From Candidatus Uhrbacteria bacterium (GTDB taxonomy: Bacteria > Patescibacteriota > Patescibacteriia > UBA9934 > GWF2-40-263): a stretch of 64,000 nucleotides of DNA. A program made the position numbers and the translations under genes. The stretch lies in contig JBAXQK010000003.1 in assembly GCA_037131775.1 (NCBI GenBank), positions 12,439 through 76,438 of the forward strand, in the 5' to 3' direction. A model generated the notes under the pieces. It ran no database searches and was not told the origin of the DNA. It saw only the letters and a program-made list of their open reading frames with translations. Shown here in pieces: positions 19,393 to 29,722 of this stretch (the first letter of the stretch is position 1; each line of letters begins with the position of its first letter).

Positions 19393-20391
19393 ATGAAATC
19401 CATTCTCGAGCAAAATCTCCGTGACGTCGTCTTCACCGCCATCGGCCACGCGCCGCCCGCGCGGGCGCTTATCGTGTACGACCGCGAGTCGCCGCTGTCG
19501 AATCTGCTGACGGACGCGTACGCCGCCGTCCTTCCGGACGCGACGCTCCTCGACTTTCTATCAACCACGCCCGACGCGGTGCGCGCCGCGATGGACGCGA
19601 TGTCGCCAGGCGACCTCGTCGTCATGGTCCAGTCGACCAGCTTCCGGCTCAACGAGTTCCGGTTCCGCATCGAGCTGTTCAAGCGCGGCCTCGCGGTGAT
19701 CGAGCACCCGCACGTAGCCCGCATCGTGGGCGACGAGGTGCGAACGTACGTCGACGCGCTCGCCTACGACGCCGAGTACTACCGGACGGTCGGCCCGAAG
19801 ATCAAGGCGCTCATCGACGCGGCGAAGCGCATCGTCGTGTCGTGCGACGGCGCCGAGCTCGTCTACGAGACCGCGTTCGAGACCGCGAAGCTGAACATCG
19901 GCGACTACTCTGGCATGACGAACCGCGGCGGGCAGTTCCCCATCGGCGAGGTGTTCACCGAGCCGGCCGACCTCTCGGGCGTAAACGGGACGGTCAAATT
20001 ATTCGCGTTCGGCGGCGCGGACTTCCGCGTCACGATCCCGGAAGAGCCCGTGCTCGTCGTCATCAAGGAAGGCAAGATCGTCGAGACGCCGAACGCGCCC
20101 GAGTCGTTCCTGTCCATCCTCGAACAGATCAAGACCGAGGAAGAGCTCTGGGTCCGCGAGCTCGGCTTCGGCATGAACCGTGCCCTCACCCGCCACCGCT
20201 TCCTCTGCGACGTCGGCAGCTACGAGCGCATGTGCGGCATCCATCTGTCCCTGGGCGCCAAGCATACCATCTACGCAAAGCCCGGCTTCCCGAAGCGCAC
20301 CAGCCGCTTCCATGTGGACGTCTTCGCGGACGTAAAAACCGTCACGATCGACGGCGTGACGGTTTTCAAGGACGGTTCCTACCGCGTGTAG
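19393..20391 (+). CDS. Aminopeptidase T / M29-like metallopeptidase
   Basis: PIGEVFTEP..VNG, ELGFGMN, ERMCGIHLSLG, HVDVF. Confidence 0.75.
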   Translation: MKSILEQNLRDVVFTAIGHAPPARALIVYDRESPLSNLLTDAYAAVLPDATLLDFLSTTPDAVRAAMDAMSPGDLVVMVQSTSFRLNEFRFRIELFKRGLAVIEHPHVARIVGDEVRTYVDALAYDAEYYRTVGPKIKALIDAAKRIVVSCDGAELVYETAFETAKLNIGDYSGMTNRGGQFPIGEVFTEPADLSGVNGTVKLFAFGGADFRVTIPEEPVLVVIKEGKIVETPNAPESFLSILEQIKTEEELWVRELGFGMNRALTRHRFLCDVGSYERMCGIHLSLGAKHTIYAKPGFPKRTSRFHVDVFADVKTVTIDGVTVFKDGSYRV

Positions 20392-20510
20392 CGACACAAC
20401 AAGGCCGAAAAAATTCGGCATTTTTCCACGCGCAAGATATTCACAGCAACGCTTGCCTGCGCGCGAAAATGAGCATACGATATGCCCACTTGTTTTTTAC
20501 CAGAAATCCT

Positions 20511-20810
20511 GTGACCGTTCCCTCCACCGAAAAACTCCAGAGACTGCTGTCGAGCGAGGCCGTAAAATCGGGCCACACCATGATCCGCGTCATCGGAGGA
20601 CTTACCCGCTATCGAGTCATCGTTCTTCTCAAAAACGCCCCTTCCGGCCTTACCGTCACGGGACTTGCGAGAATTCTCGGGGCTTCCCCATCGCAAATCT
20701 CCCACCAGATTCGTATCTTGAAAAAATACCAGCTCGTCTTCGGCAATCCGGACGGACGCACGGTCACGTACCGCCTGAATGCCAAAAAAGTGGATCCGTT
20801 CCTGGTCTAG
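20511..20810 (+). CDS. ArsR-family HTH transcriptional regulator
   Basis: TRYRVIVLL...LTVTGLARILGASPSQISHQIRILK...GRTVTYRLN; start uncertain (GTG 20511 or ATG 20469). Confidence 0.82.
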   Translation: MTVPSTEKLQRLLSSEAVKSGHTMIRVIGGLTRYRVIVLLKNAPSGLTVTGLARILGASPSQISHQIRILKKYQLVFGNPDGRTVTYRLNAKKVDPFLV

Positions 20811-20868
20811 GGATAAGAAAAACATCTCCTCGCGAGATGTTTTTTCATTGCGAAAAACCTGCCGCTGG

Positions 20869-22125
20869 CTAGTCGCGCGTTTCCCGGATGCTGTCCATCA
20901 CGTACTGGCGAAACCTCCGCAGGCGCTGTCTCAGGCGCTTCCCCGCCCCCGCGACGTTTTCCATGTCCCGGATCGTCATCTTCCCCGGCTTCCCGCAGAC
21001 GGAAAGGTCGCTGGCATCCGCCTGGATCTCGTCGAATGCCGTTGCCACGTCGCGGCGGGCAATGTCCGCGTACCAGCCGGCCGCGGCCCTCTGGCGGCAG
21101 CGAACCTCCCATCCCGCAAGGAACCCAAGGAGGACGAGGATGCCGACGGCGACGTCAAACTGCCACTTGGAAATTTGCGTTCCGCGGAAGACGAACAACG
21201 GGCGGCTGGCAACGGGCAGTTCCATCCGCACGGGAAGGCTTACGGCCCCGCGGTCATCGCCCGCCGCGACGGAAACAATGTAGTCGCCCGCCTTCAGCGG
21301 CTCGTCAAACCGCGCGCTCCATGAGCCGTCGGCCCCAGGAGCGACCGTGGCGGTTCCGATCGGCTCTCCGGAACGAGACGCCAGCGAGACGGACAGGCGC
21401 GTCCCCTGCCCCGCGGTTCCGCCAACCTCCAGGCCGCCCTCTCCCGCGTACAGGTCCGTGGTGACGGGGTTGAGCGTCGGCGACGGGATGGGAACGATCC
21501 TGAGCGCGGAGGACGCGGACGTGCGGTTTCCCGCGAGATCGATCGCGTCCACGTGGACGACATGATCGCCAACGGCAAGACCCGCGACCGAATAGGTCTC
21601 CTCCTTCGTCCGAACGGGCAGCTCCCCGTCGACGAAAATCTCGTAGGTCGCGAGACCGGAAAGATCGTCCTCGGTCCGATAGGAAACGGAAACGGTCGGG
21701 TTGTCCGTCACGGGAGCCGGGGCGATCGTCAGAGCGAACGGCGCGGGAGAAACCGTGTCGACCGCCAGCCGAACGTGCGTGGTTGCCCCCCACCCTGCCG
21801 CGTTCCCGCCTCGGACGTGCAGGTACCAGATCCCGTCCGACGGAACCTGGAACGTCTTTCCCGCGATCGCGCCCTCCCCCACCGTCGGATCGAACAGGAT
21901 CGCCTGGTTCAGGGCCGTGGCAACGTCGGTCACGCCGGCCTCCAGGCTCCATTCCGCGCGAACGGGTTCCCGCGAGCCATGCCACGCGGAAGAATCCGGA
22001 TAGGCCGAAACGCGGACCGAAACGGCTTCCGGCGGGAACGCCAACGGAAGCGGCGCGGCCATGGCCGCACGGCCCGCAAGCAGAGCGCAGAAGGAAATTG
22101 CAATTCGGAATGTGCGAAGGCCCAT
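20869..22125 (-). CDS. Secreted Ig-like domain protein with C-terminal TM
   Basis: Signal peptide; DGIWYLHVR, DDLSGLATYEI, AIDLAGN Ig repeats; TM then helical tail. Confidence 0.75.
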   Translation of the reverse strand: MGLRTFRIAISFCALLAGRAAMAAPLPLAFPPEAVSVRVSAYPDSSAWHGSREPVRAEWSLEAGVTDVATALNQAILFDPTVGEGAIAGKTFQVPSDGIWYLHVRGGNAAGWGATTHVRLAVDTVSPAPFALTIAPAPVTDNPTVSVSYRTEDDLSGLATYEIFVDGELPVRTKEETYSVAGLAVGDHVVHVDAIDLAGNRTSASSALRIVPIPSPTLNPVTTDLYAGEGGLEVGGTAGQGTRLSVSLASRSGEPIGTATVAPGADGSWSARFDEPLKAGDYIVSVAAGDDRGAVSLPVRMELPVASRPLFVFRGTQISKWQFDVAVGILVLLGFLAGWEVRCRQRAAAGWYADIARRDVATAFDEIQADASDLSVCGKPGKMTIRDMENVAGAGKRLRQRLRRFRQYVMDSIRETRD

Positions 22126-22146
22126 AGGAGGGAACGGTGCGAATGG

Positions 22147-23778
22147 TTAATCCGCGCCAAAGGTGAACGTATACAAGGAAACGCCCGCCGCCGGGATCGT
22201 CAGCTCCAGCAGATGATCCCCGACGCCCGTCTCGGCACCCAGGAGCGTATAGAGCCGATCGCCGGAAATAACGACGGAGTCACGAGCGATTCCGTCGACA
22301 GATACTCCGATCGCGGTCGGGGTCGTTGCGCTCGCGACAAGATAAACCTGTTTTGCCTGGAATCGATACCTCACGAGATCATCCGACGACGTGCTTACCG
22401 CGGCATCCGAGCGTATGTTCCACGTTCCGCCAAGAACGAGCGCGCCCGACGGCACGGACGGGTTCGGGACAAACGTCTGAAGACCGGAGACCCCCTTCTT
22501 TCCGTTCGCGAGAAACGCATTGCGGCCGGATCCAAAGTACGTCTCGGGGCTGGTCGGCCCGGACGCGAAGGACGGCTCTGGCATCGACAGAACATCCGTA
22601 TCAAGACCGAGCAGCTCGCGAATCTTTGCCTCTGTCTCAGCGTCGCCCCCTTCCCCGACGTGGTCATACGCGATGTTGCCCTGGAGATCGATCAGGTATT
22701 TGCGCGGCCAGTACTTGTTGCCATACGCGTTCCATGTTCCGTAATCGTTGTCGAGGACGACGGGAAACGTGATGCCAAACCGTCGCATCGCGTCCCGGAC
22801 GTTGTCGATGTCCTTTTCGAACGAGAACTCCGGCGTGTGAATCCCGATGATCTCAAGCCCTTGGTCGCGATACTTCTTGTCCCACCCGACCAGGTACGGG
22901 AAGGTGCGGATGCAGTTGATGCAGCTGTACGTCATGAAGTCGATCAGCACGACCTTTTTGCCGATAAGCGGCCCGATCGTGATCGGATCGGAATTGACGA
23001 AGCCCGAGGGACTGGCGATCTCGTGGTAGCGCCCCAAGGAAACCGACGACGCGGGCGGCGATCGCTCAAGCAGCGATCGCTCGAGTCCCGTCACGGTCGG
23101 ATATCCGTGATTCGCGAGCCACACCTCGACGGGAACGACGCTTCCCGTCGCGACAACGAGCCCGACGACGACGAACAGCGCTCCGATTGCCTTCTTGAAC
23201 CATCCGTTCGGATCCGCAAGGAATCGGACGCGTCGAATCAACCGCTGTCCCGCGAGACTGATCGCCAGCAGCGCGGCGGACAATCCGGCGGAGTAAACGA
23301 CGAGGTAGACCGTCCCGACGAGAACGCTCTGCGGCAAGACGGTCGCGAGGATGAGAAAGTACGTCGGCGAGCAGCTGGAGAAGACCGGGCCAAGCGAGAT
23401 GCCGATGAGGACGTCGCCTGCGAACCCGGACCTCTTCGCCGAACCGTCAAGCAGGGCGTCGGCATTCTTTTGCAAGGAAAATCGCCCGCTGATCTTTTCC
23501 CATACGCTCGGAAACAGCGAGACAAGCCCGAAAGCGATCAGCATCCCGCCGGAAACGGACATCCACACCGCCTGCGGGACGGACACGAACGCGGCACTGA
23601 ACTTCAGCAGCAGCGTGAACGCGACGATCGACGCGGCAAGCGAGACCGCGATGACGAACGGGTTCCTCCGTCGCGCGTCCTGCGCCGCCCCGCCGACGAT
23701 GATCGGAAGAAGCGGGAGAACGCACGGGGCGAGGACGGTGAGGACGCCCGAGAGGAATGAGACGAGGAGCAGGCCCAT
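22147..23778 (-). CDS. dipZ: DipZ-like CcdA + thioredoxin (redoxin) fusion
   Basis: LAPCVLPLLP and PVFSSCSP (CcdA); DFMTYSCINCIRT, GIHTPEF, NKYWPRKY; C-terminal beta domain ending YTFTFG. Confidence 0.88.
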   Translation of the reverse strand: MGLLLVSFLSGVLTVLAPCVLPLLPIIVGGAAQDARRRNPFVIAVSLAASIVAFTLLLKFSAAFVSVPQAVWMSVSGGMLIAFGLVSLFPSVWEKISGRFSLQKNADALLDGSAKRSGFAGDVLIGISLGPVFSSCSPTYFLILATVLPQSVLVGTVYLVVYSAGLSAALLAISLAGQRLIRRVRFLADPNGWFKKAIGALFVVVGLVVATGSVVPVEVWLANHGYPTVTGLERSLLERSPPASSVSLGRYHEIASPSGFVNSDPITIGPLIGKKVVLIDFMTYSCINCIRTFPYLVGWDKKYRDQGLEIIGIHTPEFSFEKDIDNVRDAMRRFGITFPVVLDNDYGTWNAYGNKYWPRKYLIDLQGNIAYDHVGEGGDAETEAKIRELLGLDTDVLSMPEPSFASGPTSPETYFGSGRNAFLANGKKGVSGLQTFVPNPSVPSGALVLGGTWNIRSDAAVSTSSDDLVRYRFQAKQVYLVASATTPTAIGVSVDGIARDSVVISGDRLYTLLGAETGVGDHLLELTIPAAGVSLYTFTFGAD

Positions 23779-23819
23779 AGGGACATGTGGGTGTGTGAGT
23801 AGTTTGTAGGTTGGGGCGG

Positions 23820-24380
23820 CTAAAGAGCCGCGATCGCGTCCCAGACGTCTTTGCGGTTCTTGGCCGAGTCGACGGAGTGCGAGACGACGGGGATACCCGG
23901 GTACGTGACGGCGAGTCCGCCGACAAGCGTTGCCAGCTGCTGCGAAGAGAGCTTGTCGACCTTGTTGGCGACGATGGTAAACGGAACCTTGTGCGTTCGC
24001 AAAAACAGGAGCATGTCGCGGTCGAGGTCGGTCGGGCCGAGGCGGGCGTCGATCATGAGGAGGACGCGTCGGAGCTGGGACGTCTTTCGAACGTATGTCC
24101 GAACCATCTCGGCGAAATCGACGCGAATCTTCTGCGACTTGCGCGCGTAGCCGTATCCCGGTAGGTCGACGAGGTAGTACGCCCGGTCGATCTCGAACAG
24201 GTTCACGGTCTGCGTCCGGCCCGGCGACGAGCTGACGTGGGCAAGCGACTTCTGCTGCGTTAGGTGGTTGATAAGCGAGCTCTTTCCCACGTTCGAACGG
24301 CCAACGATCGCCACGTGCGGCTTCTCGTCGAACGGCAGGTCGTCGACCCTCGTGACGCTTTTGACGAACTTTGCTACCAT
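23820..24380 (-). CDS. engB: Ribosome biogenesis GTPase YihA/YsxC
   Basis: GRSNVGKSSLIN, PGRTQTVN, DLPGYGY, NKVDK. Confidence 0.95.
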   Translation of the reverse strand: MVAKFVKSVTRVDDLPFDEKPHVAIVGRSNVGKSSLINHLTQQKSLAHVSSSPGRTQTVNLFEIDRAYYLVDLPGYGYARKSQKIRVDFAEMVRTYVRKTSQLRRVLLMIDARLGPTDLDRDMLLFLRTHKVPFTIVANKVDKLSSQQLATLVGGLAVTYPGIPVVSHSVDSAKNRKDVWDAIAAL

Positions 24381-24434
24381 ACGGCTGGAATGCATCGGTT
24401 AAATCTCAGCTATTTATAGCATTTTTATCAGGAT

Positions 24435-25064
24435 ATGCAAAACATCATCGATGCGCTCAACTGGCGCTACGCCGTCAAAACGTTCGACCCGGCCAAGTCC
24501 GTCTCCGATGAGAGCTTCCGAATGATCCTCGAGGCCGGCCGCCTGGCGCCGAGCTCGTTCGGAATCGAGTCGTGGAAATTCATCGTCGTCGAGAACCCCG
24601 AGCTCCGCGCGAAGCTCCGCGCCGTGAGCTACGGACAGACGAAGGTGACCGACGCGACCCATATCGTGGTCATGGCCGCCCGAACGGACGTGTCGGCTCT
24701 CGCCGGAGAGCTGGTGGAGCGCACGGCGCGGATCCAGGGCGTCGACGCCGCTTCGCTCGACGGATTGAAAAACATGGTGGACGGCTACGTCGCGGGAATG
24801 AGCGCCGAGAAGGCCCTTGCCTACGCGCGCGAGCAAACGTTCATCGCGCTCGGCATGATGGTGGAGACCGCCGCTCTGCTCGGCGTCGACTCCTGCCCGA
24901 TGGGCGGGTTCGACCAGGCCGGAGTGGACGCGCTGCTCGGACTGTCCGCGCAGAACCTGACGGCATGCTCGATGCTCGCCGTCGGCTACCGCGGCGACGA
25001 CGAAACCGCCAGCCGGCCGAAGGTGCGCCGCGCGTTCGACGAGGTCGTCGAGTTCGTCCGCTAG
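24435..25064 (+). CDS. NAD(P)H nitroreductase (NfsB-like)
   Basis: WRYAVKTFD, LAPSSFGIESW, VDSCPMGGF, PKVRR. Confidence 0.92.
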   Translation: MQNIIDALNWRYAVKTFDPAKSVSDESFRMILEAGRLAPSSFGIESWKFIVVENPELRAKLRAVSYGQTKVTDATHIVVMAARTDVSALAGELVERTARIQGVDAASLDGLKNMVDGYVAGMSAEKALAYAREQTFIALGMMVETAALLGVDSCPMGGFDQAGVDALLGLSAQNLTACSMLAVGYRGDDETASRPKVRRAFDEVVEFVR

Positions 25065-25073
25065 CCGACAGAG

Positions 25074-25109
25074 AAAAGATCCCACGCGATGAATCGCGTG
25101 GGATCTTTT
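25074..25109. terminator. Bidirectional terminator / palindrome
   Basis: AAAAGATCCCACGCGAT-GA-ATCGCGTGGGATCTTTT. Confidence 0.8.
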
Positions 25110-25115
25110 ATTGGC

Positions 25116-25283
25116 TTATTCCTCGCTGGAATCGTCGGTGTCCTGCGGCGACCACCAGATGACATAGTTCTTGTCGTTGCTCGAACACTGGTATTCGTGC
25201 ACATTATATGCCCCGCCGTCCTTCCCCTTGCTCGGATATCCCGTTACGTGCGTCATCGATCCTCCGCAGGTTGGGCAGTTCAT
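25116..25283 (-). CDS. Small zinc-ribbon-like protein (55 aa)
   Basis: MNCPTCGGSMTHVTGYPSKGKDGGAYNVHEYQCSSNDKNYVIWWSPQDTDDSSEE*; not in the ORF track. Confidence 0.6.
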   Translation of the reverse strand: MNCPTCGGSMTHVTGYPSKGKDGGAYNVHEYQCSSNDKNYVIWWSPQDTDDSSEE

Positions 25284-25294
25284 AGCGTTTTCAC

Positions 25295-25567
25295 TTACGA
25301 ATTATTGTTCTCAAACTCCGTATTCAGCTCCTTGTACTTCCCGAGCCGGTACGACGCCCTCGCGCGCTCGGCGTCGGTCCTGAGGCGCTCGTCTGGATGC
25401 AGGCCATCGACGATTTTCTGCTGGAGTCGAATTTCCATCGCAACTCCCGCGCGCGCATTGTCCCCGTTCGACGCGAATGCCTCGCGGAGAAATGTCGCTT
25501 GCTCATCCATGTCGGCGACCGTTTCTGCGTCGACGGTCTGCGGGCGGAAGGATTCTCGTTCGATCAT
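25295..25567 (-). CDS. Hypothetical protein
   Basis: MIERESF...; TACACT -10 element 9 nt upstream. Confidence 0.55.
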   Translation of the reverse strand: MIERESFRPQTVDAETVADMDEQATFLREAFASNGDNARAGVAMEIRLQQKIVDGLHPDERLRTDAERARASYRLGKYKELNTEFENNNS

Positions 25568-25638
25568 AGCGGTAACAGTGTAGCCAAACGACCGCGGAAA
25601 GACAAACCAATGCGCGGCCAAGACGCCGGCATCTTGCG

Positions 25639-26091
25639 TCATGAGACGAGAAGAACGTGCCCCGTTATAATGGACTTCCACTCTCCGGCGGTAACCGGCT
25701 GAACGGACAGCCTTGAGTTGTTCAGCAGGACCATCTCCGCGAGCGCCGGAATTTTCTTCATGTCCCCAAGCGTCAGGTCTCGTTCGAACGGACGCACCGG
25801 CTCGATGTCGACCGCCACCCAGTCGGTCCCGGAGGACCGTCCTGAGGCTCCTCGAAGGGCCCCTTCCGTCGCCGTCTCGTCCGGATATGCCGCCCGGACG
25901 ATCTTTGCGATCCCCTTGATCGCCTTCTCTCCTCCCGAATGATACACGAACGCAAGGTCGCCGACCCTCATGGCACGCAGCGTATTCCGCGCCAGATAAT
26001 TACGCACGCCTGTCCAGGACGTCCTCTTGTCCTGGACGAGGTCGTCCCAGGAATAGGTCGACGGCTCGGTCTTGAGAAGCCAGTGGTTCAT
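25639..26091 (-). CDS. EVE domain protein
   Basis: HWLLKTEP..YSW, WTGVRNYLARN, YHS, SRLSVQPV. Confidence 0.93.
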   Translation of the reverse strand: MNHWLLKTEPSTYSWDDLVQDKRTSWTGVRNYLARNTLRAMRVGDLAFVYHSGGEKAIKGIAKIVRAAYPDETATEGALRGASGRSSGTDWVAVDIEPVRPFERDLTLGDMKKIPALAEMVLLNNSRLSVQPVTAGEWKSIITGHVLLVS

Positions 26092-26144
26092 ACCGGCGCA
26101 TTATAGCAAAAGAACCCCGGGTTGGCGTTCCATTCGTTTTCAAT

Positions 26145-26819
26145 CTATTCCGGTGTCGTTCTGTCGGCAAAGACCACGAGCCGATCGGGATACTGCCCGG
26201 CCAGCTTGTCCCATTTCCCGCCGCAGGTAATCAGGTTCAGATGGGCGTTTCCGTCGTCCGAGACGAAGACGGCCGTCGCGTCCGCGGCGGCATCGTACGT
26301 TCGAATTTCACGAACGACGAACGTGACGACAGCCCCCGCGTCGTCCTCGATCACGATCTCATCCCCTGGCCGCGCGTCCTTCAGATTCTTGAACGCGCCG
26401 GTCTGCCCGGCGTACCAGTCCACGTGCCCGTCGATGACCGCGCTCCCGGTTTCTCCAGGACGCTGGCCGTAAGAATACCAACCCGCGTCAAGCGGAAGCG
26501 CGGGAACGTCCATGGCCCCGTCCTTCGTGAGACCGACGGACTCGACGACCGCGTCAATGCCGATCCTCTGGATCCGAATGCGCGCCGGAATTCCAACCCC
26601 TATCACCGCGTCGATCGGCGGGACGATCGCCGCGCGTGCGATTTCTAAGGGACCCGTCCCGACCGTCGCGACGGTCGCGGACGTCGGGAACGCAAACGCG
26701 ACGACGCCTCCCCAAAGCAGAACGTCCGTGATCGCAAAGAGTGCGATCACGGACGTCTCCAGGATGAATCCGTCACGGAGCTGTTTCATAACGGTTCGCA
26801 TCGCATTTCTATTTTTCAT
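26145..26819 (-). CDS. Class F sortase
   Basis: N-terminal TM; PARIRIQRIGIDA, PGETGSAVIDGHVD, LNLITCGG, DRLVVFA (His/Cys/Arg triad). Confidence 0.92.
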   Translation of the reverse strand: MKNRNAMRTVMKQLRDGFILETSVIALFAITDVLLWGGVVAFAFPTSATVATVGTGPLEIARAAIVPPIDAVIGVGIPARIRIQRIGIDAVVESVGLTKDGAMDVPALPLDAGWYSYGQRPGETGSAVIDGHVDWYAGQTGAFKNLKDARPGDEIVIEDDAGAVVTFVVREIRTYDAAADATAVFVSDDGNAHLNLITCGGKWDKLAGQYPDRLVVFADRTTPE

Positions 26820-28588
26820 TTCGCACCTTTCTCACGACGGAGAGCAGGCTCGACAGGGCAACGAATCCGGCCGCGAGAAGAACCCACGTCGGAACCGCCC
26901 GCGTCGACTCAATCCCCGTGTTTGGAAGCGACGGAACAATGCGGGCGGCCACGACGACGGTCGCGATCGCGAAGTCCCTCACGGTGAATCCGTTCGCCAA
27001 CCCGCTCGCGACGGCGGTATTCGTCGTGGTCGCGGTGAGATTCGAGCTGCAGGTGTATTTCCAGGATTCCGTCACGTCGAGGAGCGAATTGCCGTTCGTA
27101 TCGCCGGACACGATAGTTCACCGGGCTGCACTTGTCATCCGAGAGTACAACGGCACCAAGCGGGACCGTTCCCGGGTTCGTGATCGTTTCGGTATAGGTC
27201 ACCGTTCCGCCGCCGGCAGAAAGAGTCAGTGGGTTCGGAACCTTCGTGACGTGGATCAACGGCGGGACAAGCGGGACGCCGACCACGACGGTGGCGCTCG
27301 CGACGTCCACCGCGCTCAAGCCGTTGGCCCATCCGGTGGCCACGACCGTGTTCGTGTGCGTCTTCAACAGCGTCGTGGAACAGGCGTACTTCCAGGTCTC
27401 CGTGACGTCCAGCTTTGAGTCGCCGTTGGTATCGCCCGAGACGAGCACGACGGGAGAGCAGCTGTCGTCGACCATCGTCACGTTCGTCATCGGAACCGTA
27501 CCGATATTTCGGGCCGTGTACGTGTACTGGACCAGTCCGGGACCGTCCGGCAACGCCAGCGGACTCGGCACCTTTACGACATCGATAAGCGGCGGCACGG
27601 GCGGCACGGGCACGGGAGCGCCGATGTCATTGTTCGTAATGATGCAGATGGCGTTTTGTGCCGGGTTCAGGTAAACGAGGCCGTTCGCATCGCAGTCGCC
27701 GGAAAACGACGCGGCATACTTCTCGTTCGAAGTCTCGGATACCGTGTATGGGACGGCATTGTTGCTGAAGGAAAAATTGGTCGTCGATCCAGACGTGACC
27801 GCCACTCCGTTGATGAACAGCGGAAAACTGGAGACGATCGCGGTTCCGCCGTTGTCGTTGACGACGGTCTTCACGACGGTGATCGTTCCCGTGTATCCGC
27901 TTGCGCTGCTGGACGACGGAACCGAGCAAGTCGGCCCGGAAACGGCGTTGCCGGACATCGTCACCTCGGCCGTCCGCGCGAAAGCCCTTCTATCCAGGCT
28001 GGCTCCCGCCGCCATGGTGATGCTGGTATCCGCGAGGATATTTCCAACGAACGCGCTGCCCGCGCCGAACGTGGCGGTACTCACGACTCCCCACCACGCG
28101 TTGCACGCAAGCCCTCCTCCCGCGAACACCACTTGCGAGGCGGCGCCCGTGACGATCAGGTCGCTGGCCGACCTGAGGATCCAGACGTCGGCTGAATTTC
28201 CGGAAAGGGTGAGCGTTCCGTTCGTCAGGTGAAAGGAATCCGCACAGTAGACGCCGGGAGGAAGGACCTCTCCGGCCAGCTCGTGGATGCCCAATCCCGT
28301 ATAGTCCGTGCCGCCGTCGGATCCGCATCCCGGGACCGCGAGGTCCGCGTACGCGTCATTCCGATCCGCCATGGCCCCCGCCGCGATTCCGCCGCCGTCC
28401 GCGTCATACAGGATGCCCCCCATCGACGTCGACCCGGATTCGACGTAATGAGGTCCCGGGCCGATGCCCGGGCTGATGCCGATGTCGCCGCTCACCGTTG
28501 ACGCTCCGGTGTTCGTCACTTCGGATCCGGCCAGTATCGAGAACGTGGATGCCGTGCCAAGGTGTGAAATTATAACGACTTCTGCCAC
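26809..28588 (-). pseudogene. Ice-binding (DUF3494-like) domain surface protein with Ig repeats and LPNTG sorting signal, frameshifted at about 27112
   Basis: LGTASTFSILAG..VTNTG, LPPGVYC, FVGNILADTSIT. Repeat 1 reads CSPVVLVSGDTNG; repeat 2 is broken CSPVNY/VSGDTNG by one extra base. LPNTG-TM-basic tail lies in the other frame. No signal peptide seen. Confidence 0.8.
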
Positions 28589-28683
28589 GCAGGAATCATA
28601 TCATGTTTTTTCAAATTTTGATATTTTTTTCAAATTTCACCCGAACAGGGAAAAAACCGTGTGTACCGCCTCTTCGTTCGAAC

Positions 28684-29568
28684 TTATTCCTCTGTCATTC
28701 TCAGATAACTGTCGTACCGTGCCTTCGCGACCATTCCGGACGCGACGGCCTCCTGAACGGCGCACTTCGGCTCGCGAAGATGAAGACAGTCCCGGAACTT
28801 GCATCCGTCTGAAAGCGCGTCGAACTCGCGGAAGGCGAATCGCAGCTCGTCCTTCGGGACGTGGTCGATGCTGAGCGTGCGGACCCCCGGCGTGTCGATG
28901 ATCGCGGAGCCCGGCTCCCATTCGTACAGTCCGCTCGTCGTGGTCGTATGCCTCCCCGTTCCGGTCTTCGCGCTGATCTCCTGGGTCCGAATATCGACGT
29001 CGGGGATGAGCGCACCGACCAGCGACGACTTCCCCACCCCGCTTTGGCCGACGAACACGGCGGTCTTTCCCCTTAGAATCTTTTTAAGATCCTCCAAGCC
29101 GGCGCCGGTCACCGTCGAGACTTCGACGATCGGGATGTCGAGCGAGCCGTAAAGCGCGACGGCATCGGCGAGTCGCGACCGAAGATCGGCCTTCGTGATG
29201 AAGAGCGCCGGCTGGATGTTTTCCATCTCAAGCAGAAGGAGGTACCGGTCGATGAACCGCGGATGAAACGCCGGCCGATCCGCCGACGCGACGATCACGC
29301 CGAGATCGACGTTCGCCGCAACGACCGACGGCTTCGTCGCCCCGCCCCGCCGCATCGCGTCGCCGCTCATGCGCGTCAGGACGCTCGTCCGCGCCACGCG
29401 CTCGACGATCGTCGGGACCCCGTCCTCCGAATCCTCGACGACGACCTGGTCGCCGGGAACGAGATCGCGAATCTGGTCCTCCGCGACGCGAAACGTTTCC
29501 GTTCCGCGGCGGAGCGTGACGAACGGGTGCGAGATTGCGATGACGGTGGCAGTGGAGATATTTGACAT
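28684..29568 (-). CDS. rsgA: Ribosome small subunit-dependent GTPase A
   Basis: AANVD, TKAD, GQSGVGKSSL, GRHTTT, DTPG, CKFRDCLH..EPKCAV. Confidence 0.95.
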   Translation of the reverse strand: MSNISTATVIAISHPFVTLRRGTETFRVAEDQIRDLVPGDQVVVEDSEDGVPTIVERVARTSVLTRMSGDAMRRGGATKPSVVAANVDLGVIVASADRPAFHPRFIDRYLLLLEMENIQPALFITKADLRSRLADAVALYGSLDIPIVEVSTVTGAGLEDLKKILRGKTAVFVGQSGVGKSSLVGALIPDVDIRTQEISAKTGTGRHTTTTSGLYEWEPGSAIIDTPGVRTLSIDHVPKDELRFAFREFDALSDGCKFRDCLHLREPKCAVQEAVASGMVAKARYDSYLRMTEE

Positions 29569-29590
29569 GGCGACATGATACCACCAAACG

Positions 29591-29622
29591 AAAAAACCAC
29601 AGGCCTTGCGGCTGTGATTTTC
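29591..29622 (-). terminator. Intrinsic terminator
   Basis: Minus strand CACAGCC-GCAA-GGCCTGTG followed by a T-run. Confidence 0.6.
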
Positions 29623-29722
29623 TCGTGGCAGAGCACACCGCTACTGAATTCAATTTCACAAGGCTTTCGAAGGGTTTCGTGAATGTAGTGCTGGCACGCA
29701 GGTACGATGATTTTAAGGGGCT

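Noticed and set aside
28606-28637. Direct repeat TTTTTTCAAATTT x2 as an operator
   Set aside because: Low-complexity AT-rich promoter sequence; insufficient evidence.
29625-29697. Integron attC, SRP RNA or tRNA
   Set aside because: No RYYYAAC/GTTRRRY ends, no SRP GGAA-GCAGC motif and no cloverleaf; kept only as an unexplained hairpin.
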